Assembly (NCBI GenBank): GCA_964016885.1
Contig: OZ024752.1
Coordinates: 20,832,001-20,896,000, forward strand
Reading direction: 5' to 3'
Source: Eledone cirrhosa
Taxonomy: Eukaryota
DNA length: 64,000 nucleotides
In this document: positions 60,806 to 64,000 of the stretch, in pieces
How the letters are laid out: the number at the start of each line of letters is the position of its first letter
Position numbering within the stretch: position 1 is the first letter of the stretch
Notes under the pieces: generated by a model
Told to the model about the DNA's origin: nothing
The model's input: the letters and a program-made list of their open reading frames with translations, nothing else
The model's database searches: none
Program-made: the position numbers and the translations under genes

Positions 60806-61430
60806 TTAGTAGAATGGCCCGGCGTTGCTAAGTATTTGCTCTAGAGTTCTTATATATTTGATATATATTTTTCCTTATCGAGCCTCGTGAAATAAATACG
60901 TTTGTTTATATTTTGTTATTGTATATGCAAAAATATCTGTACACGAATATATAATTATATATATATATATTAAAATAACAGATTAAAGTTTCAGCAAAGA
61001 ATCGCTGCTTTCACCCTTAACGGGATCTTTTGAAACTAAAAAAATCAATCTGCGAACGCAGATGTAAATATTTCGAAACACGTTACGCACTAAATATATA
61101 TATACACACACTATATATACATATAAACAAGCACACACACACAGATAGTCTCATAATGTCGAAATGCAGACAGTTAGGCATACAGACAGATATTATAAGG
61201 GCGAAACATTACATCTATGTATCTATTTAAAAAGAAACACTATGAATTATAGAGAGAGATCGCTAACTCACCTAATGCGGTCCCTAGGGCATTGAAAATA
61301 TGAAATATCCTTGCCCAAAACACTCACAGGACCATATGTGTTACATTTGTAAAGTTTGAAAACAATTGGTTGGGTGGTTCCCGAGTTTTAGGGAATCAGA
61401 CAAACAGACAAACTGTTTTAGATATATAGA
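60806..61430 (-). mobile_element. Non-autonomous Helitron-like element, copy 7
   Basis: a|ttagtagaatggcccggcgttgcta...gatatataga, with a small deletion at the right junction. Confidence 0.78.
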
Positions 61431-64000
61431 AACACCTGTTATTGAATGTTACACACACATATTATTGTATGTTGCACCTAGTATTGTCTGTAACACCTAG
61501 TATGTATGTTACACCTAGTATTGTATGTAACACCCAGTATTGTATATTAGACCTAGTATTGTATATTACACCTAGTGTTGCATGTTACACATAGTATTGT
61601 ATGTTACACCTAGTATTGTCTGTAAAACCTAGTATTGTATGTTACACCTAGTATTGTATGTTACAGCTAGTATTGTATGTTACACCTAGTATTGTATGTA
61701 ACACCTATTATTATAGGTTACACCTAGTATTGTATGTAACACCTAGTATTGTATGTTACACCTGGTACTTTATGTAACACCTAGTATTGTATGTTGCACC
61801 TAGTATTGTATGTTACAACTAGTATTGAATGTTACACTTAGTATTGTATGTAACACCTAGTATAGTATGTTACACCATTATTGTATTTAACACCTAGTTT
61901 GTATGTTACACGTACTATTGTATTTGACACCTAGTATTGTATATACGATCTAGTATTGTATGTAACACTTAGTATTGTATGTTACACCTAGTATTGTATG
62001 TTACACCTACTATTGTATGTTACATGTAGTATTGTTTGTTTCACCTCCTATTGTATGTTACACCTAGTATTGTATGTAACATGTAGTATTGTATGTTACA
62101 CCTCGTATTGTATGTTACAATTAGTATTGTATGTTACATGTAGTATTGTAACTAACACCTAGTAATGTACGGAAAACTTAGTATTGTATGTTACAACTAG
62201 TATTGTATGTTACACCCAGTATTGTATGTTACACCTAGTATTGTATGTAACACCCAGTATTTTATGTTACACCTAGTATTATATGTTACACCTAGTATTG
62301 TATATTTCACATATTATTGTATGTTACATCTGCTATTGTACGTAACACCTTGTATTGTATGTTGCACCTAGTATTTTATGTAAGACTTAGTATTGTATGT
62401 TACACCTAGTTCGGTATGTAACACCTAAGAGTATATGTTCCACCTAATATTTTATGTTCCACCTAATATTTTATGTTACACCTAGTATTGTATGTTAAAA
62501 CTAGTATTGTATGTTACACCTAATATTTTATGTTACACCTAGTATTGTGTGTTACCCATATTGTATTTTACACCTAGTATTATATGTTACACCTAGAATT
62601 GAATGTTACACTTACTATTGTATGTTAATACCTATTGTATGTTACACCGAGTATTCGATGTTACACCTAGTATTGTATGTTACAAGTAGTAATGTTTGTT
62701 ACACCTAGTTTTGTATATTACACCTACTATTGCTTGTTACACATAGTGTTGTATGTTACACCTAGTATTGTATTTAACACCTAGTATTTTATGTTACGCC
62801 TAGTATTGTTTGTTAAACCTAGTGTCGTATATAACACCTAGTATTGCATGTAACACCTGGTGTTGTATGTTTCACCTAGTATTGTGTTACACCTAGTATT
62901 GTATGTTACACCTGATACTTTATGTAACACCTAGTATTGTATGTTAACCCTAATATTGTATGTTACTGCTAGTATTGAATGTAACACCTAGTACTGAATG
63001 TTACACCTAGTATTCTATGTTACACCTAGTATTGTATGTTACATCTAGTGTTGTATGGAACAACTAGTGTTGTATGTTACACCTAGTATTGTATGTTACA
63101 CCCTTTATTGTATGTTACACATAGTATTGTATATTACACCTAGTATTTTATGTTAAACCTAGTATTTTATGTAACACCTAGCATTGTATGTTACACGTGG
63201 TATTGTATGTAACACGTAGGGTTGTATGTTACACATAGTCTTGTATGTAACACTTAGTACTCTATGTTACACCTAGTGTTTTATGTTACACCTAGTATTG
63301 TATTTTACACCTAGTATTATATGTTATAACTAGCATTGTATGTTACACTTACTATTGTATGTAACACCTAGTATTTTATGTAACAGCTAGTATTGTCTGT
63401 AACGCCTAGTATTATATGCTACACCTAGTATTGTATGTTACACATAATATTCTATGTTACACCTTGTATTGTATGTAACACCTAGTTTTGTATGTTACAC
63501 CTAGTATTGTATGTAACACCTAATATTGTACGTTGCACCTAGTATTGTACGTTACACCTAGTATTATGTTAAACATACTTATGCAAGTAACACCTAGTGT
63601 TGTATGTTACACCTAGTATTATATGTTAGACCTAGTTTTGTATGTAACACCTAGTGTTGTATGTTACACCTAGTGTTTTATGTTACACATACTATTGTAT
63701 CATACACCTAGTATTGTATGTTACATCTAGTATTATGTTACACTTACTATTGCATGTAACAACTAGTATTGTATGTTGTACCTGGTATTGTATGTTACAC
63801 TTAGTATTGTATGTTACACCTAGTGTTGTATGTTATACCTAGTGTTGTATGTTATACCTAGTATTGTACGTTACACTTAATATTGTATGTTACACCTAGT
63901 ATTGTTTGTTAACCCAGTATTGTATGTTACACCTAGTATTGTATTTTACACCTAGTATTGTATTTTACACCTAGTATTGTATTTTACACCTAGTATTATA
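61431..64000 (+). repeat. 19-bp satellite (continues past the window)
   Basis: Same monomer. Confidence 0.97.

Noticed and set aside
3743-63842. Short ORFs of the MLHLVLYVTPSIVCYT type on both strands
   Set aside because: Translations of the 19-bp satellite where stop codons happen to be mutated. No evidence of coding function.
1-64000. CRISPR-like array or RT-linked repeat system (retron, DGR)
   Set aside because: Repeats are contiguous with no unique spacers, and the RT is a truncated eukaryotic LINE inserted secondarily with a TSD.
1-64000. Telomeric repeat
   Set aside because: No TTAGGG-type or G-rich strand. The monomer is degenerate and interrupted by transposons.
1-64000. Pumilio-element sponge (UGUAUGUA in variant monomers)
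   Set aside because: Does not match canonical UGUANAUA except in rare variants, and there is no evidence of transcription.

Overview
Eukaryotic heterochromatin-like DNA, probably Octopus (inferred only from my recall of the SINE at 38.9 kb). About 57 kb of the 64 kb is one 19-bp AT-rich satellite (consensus CCTAGTATTGTATGTTACA, roughly 3,000 head-to-tail monomers) with layered higher-order duplications of about 0.27 to 6.4 kb. From 36.7 kb onward it is interrupted by seven same-orientation copies of a ~0.6-kb non-autonomous Helitron-like element (minus strand TC...CTAG/CTAA, inserted at an A|T of the monomer, no TSD). All seven share the same flanks, so they look like one insertion later amplified with the satellite as a ~2.4-5.6-kb macro-unit. 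Copy 6 holds a 5'-truncated L1/Tx1-clade LINE whose YADD tyrosine codon is a stop, and a tRNA-derived SINE with a TSD sits at 38.86-39.04 kb. No host gene is supported and the satellite ORFs are artefacts. I found no convincing new protein-coding system. The points of interest are structural: Helitron-satellite co-amplification, a longer internally duplicated copy 1, a propagated 34-bp micro-inversion and palindrome-perfecting monomer variants.
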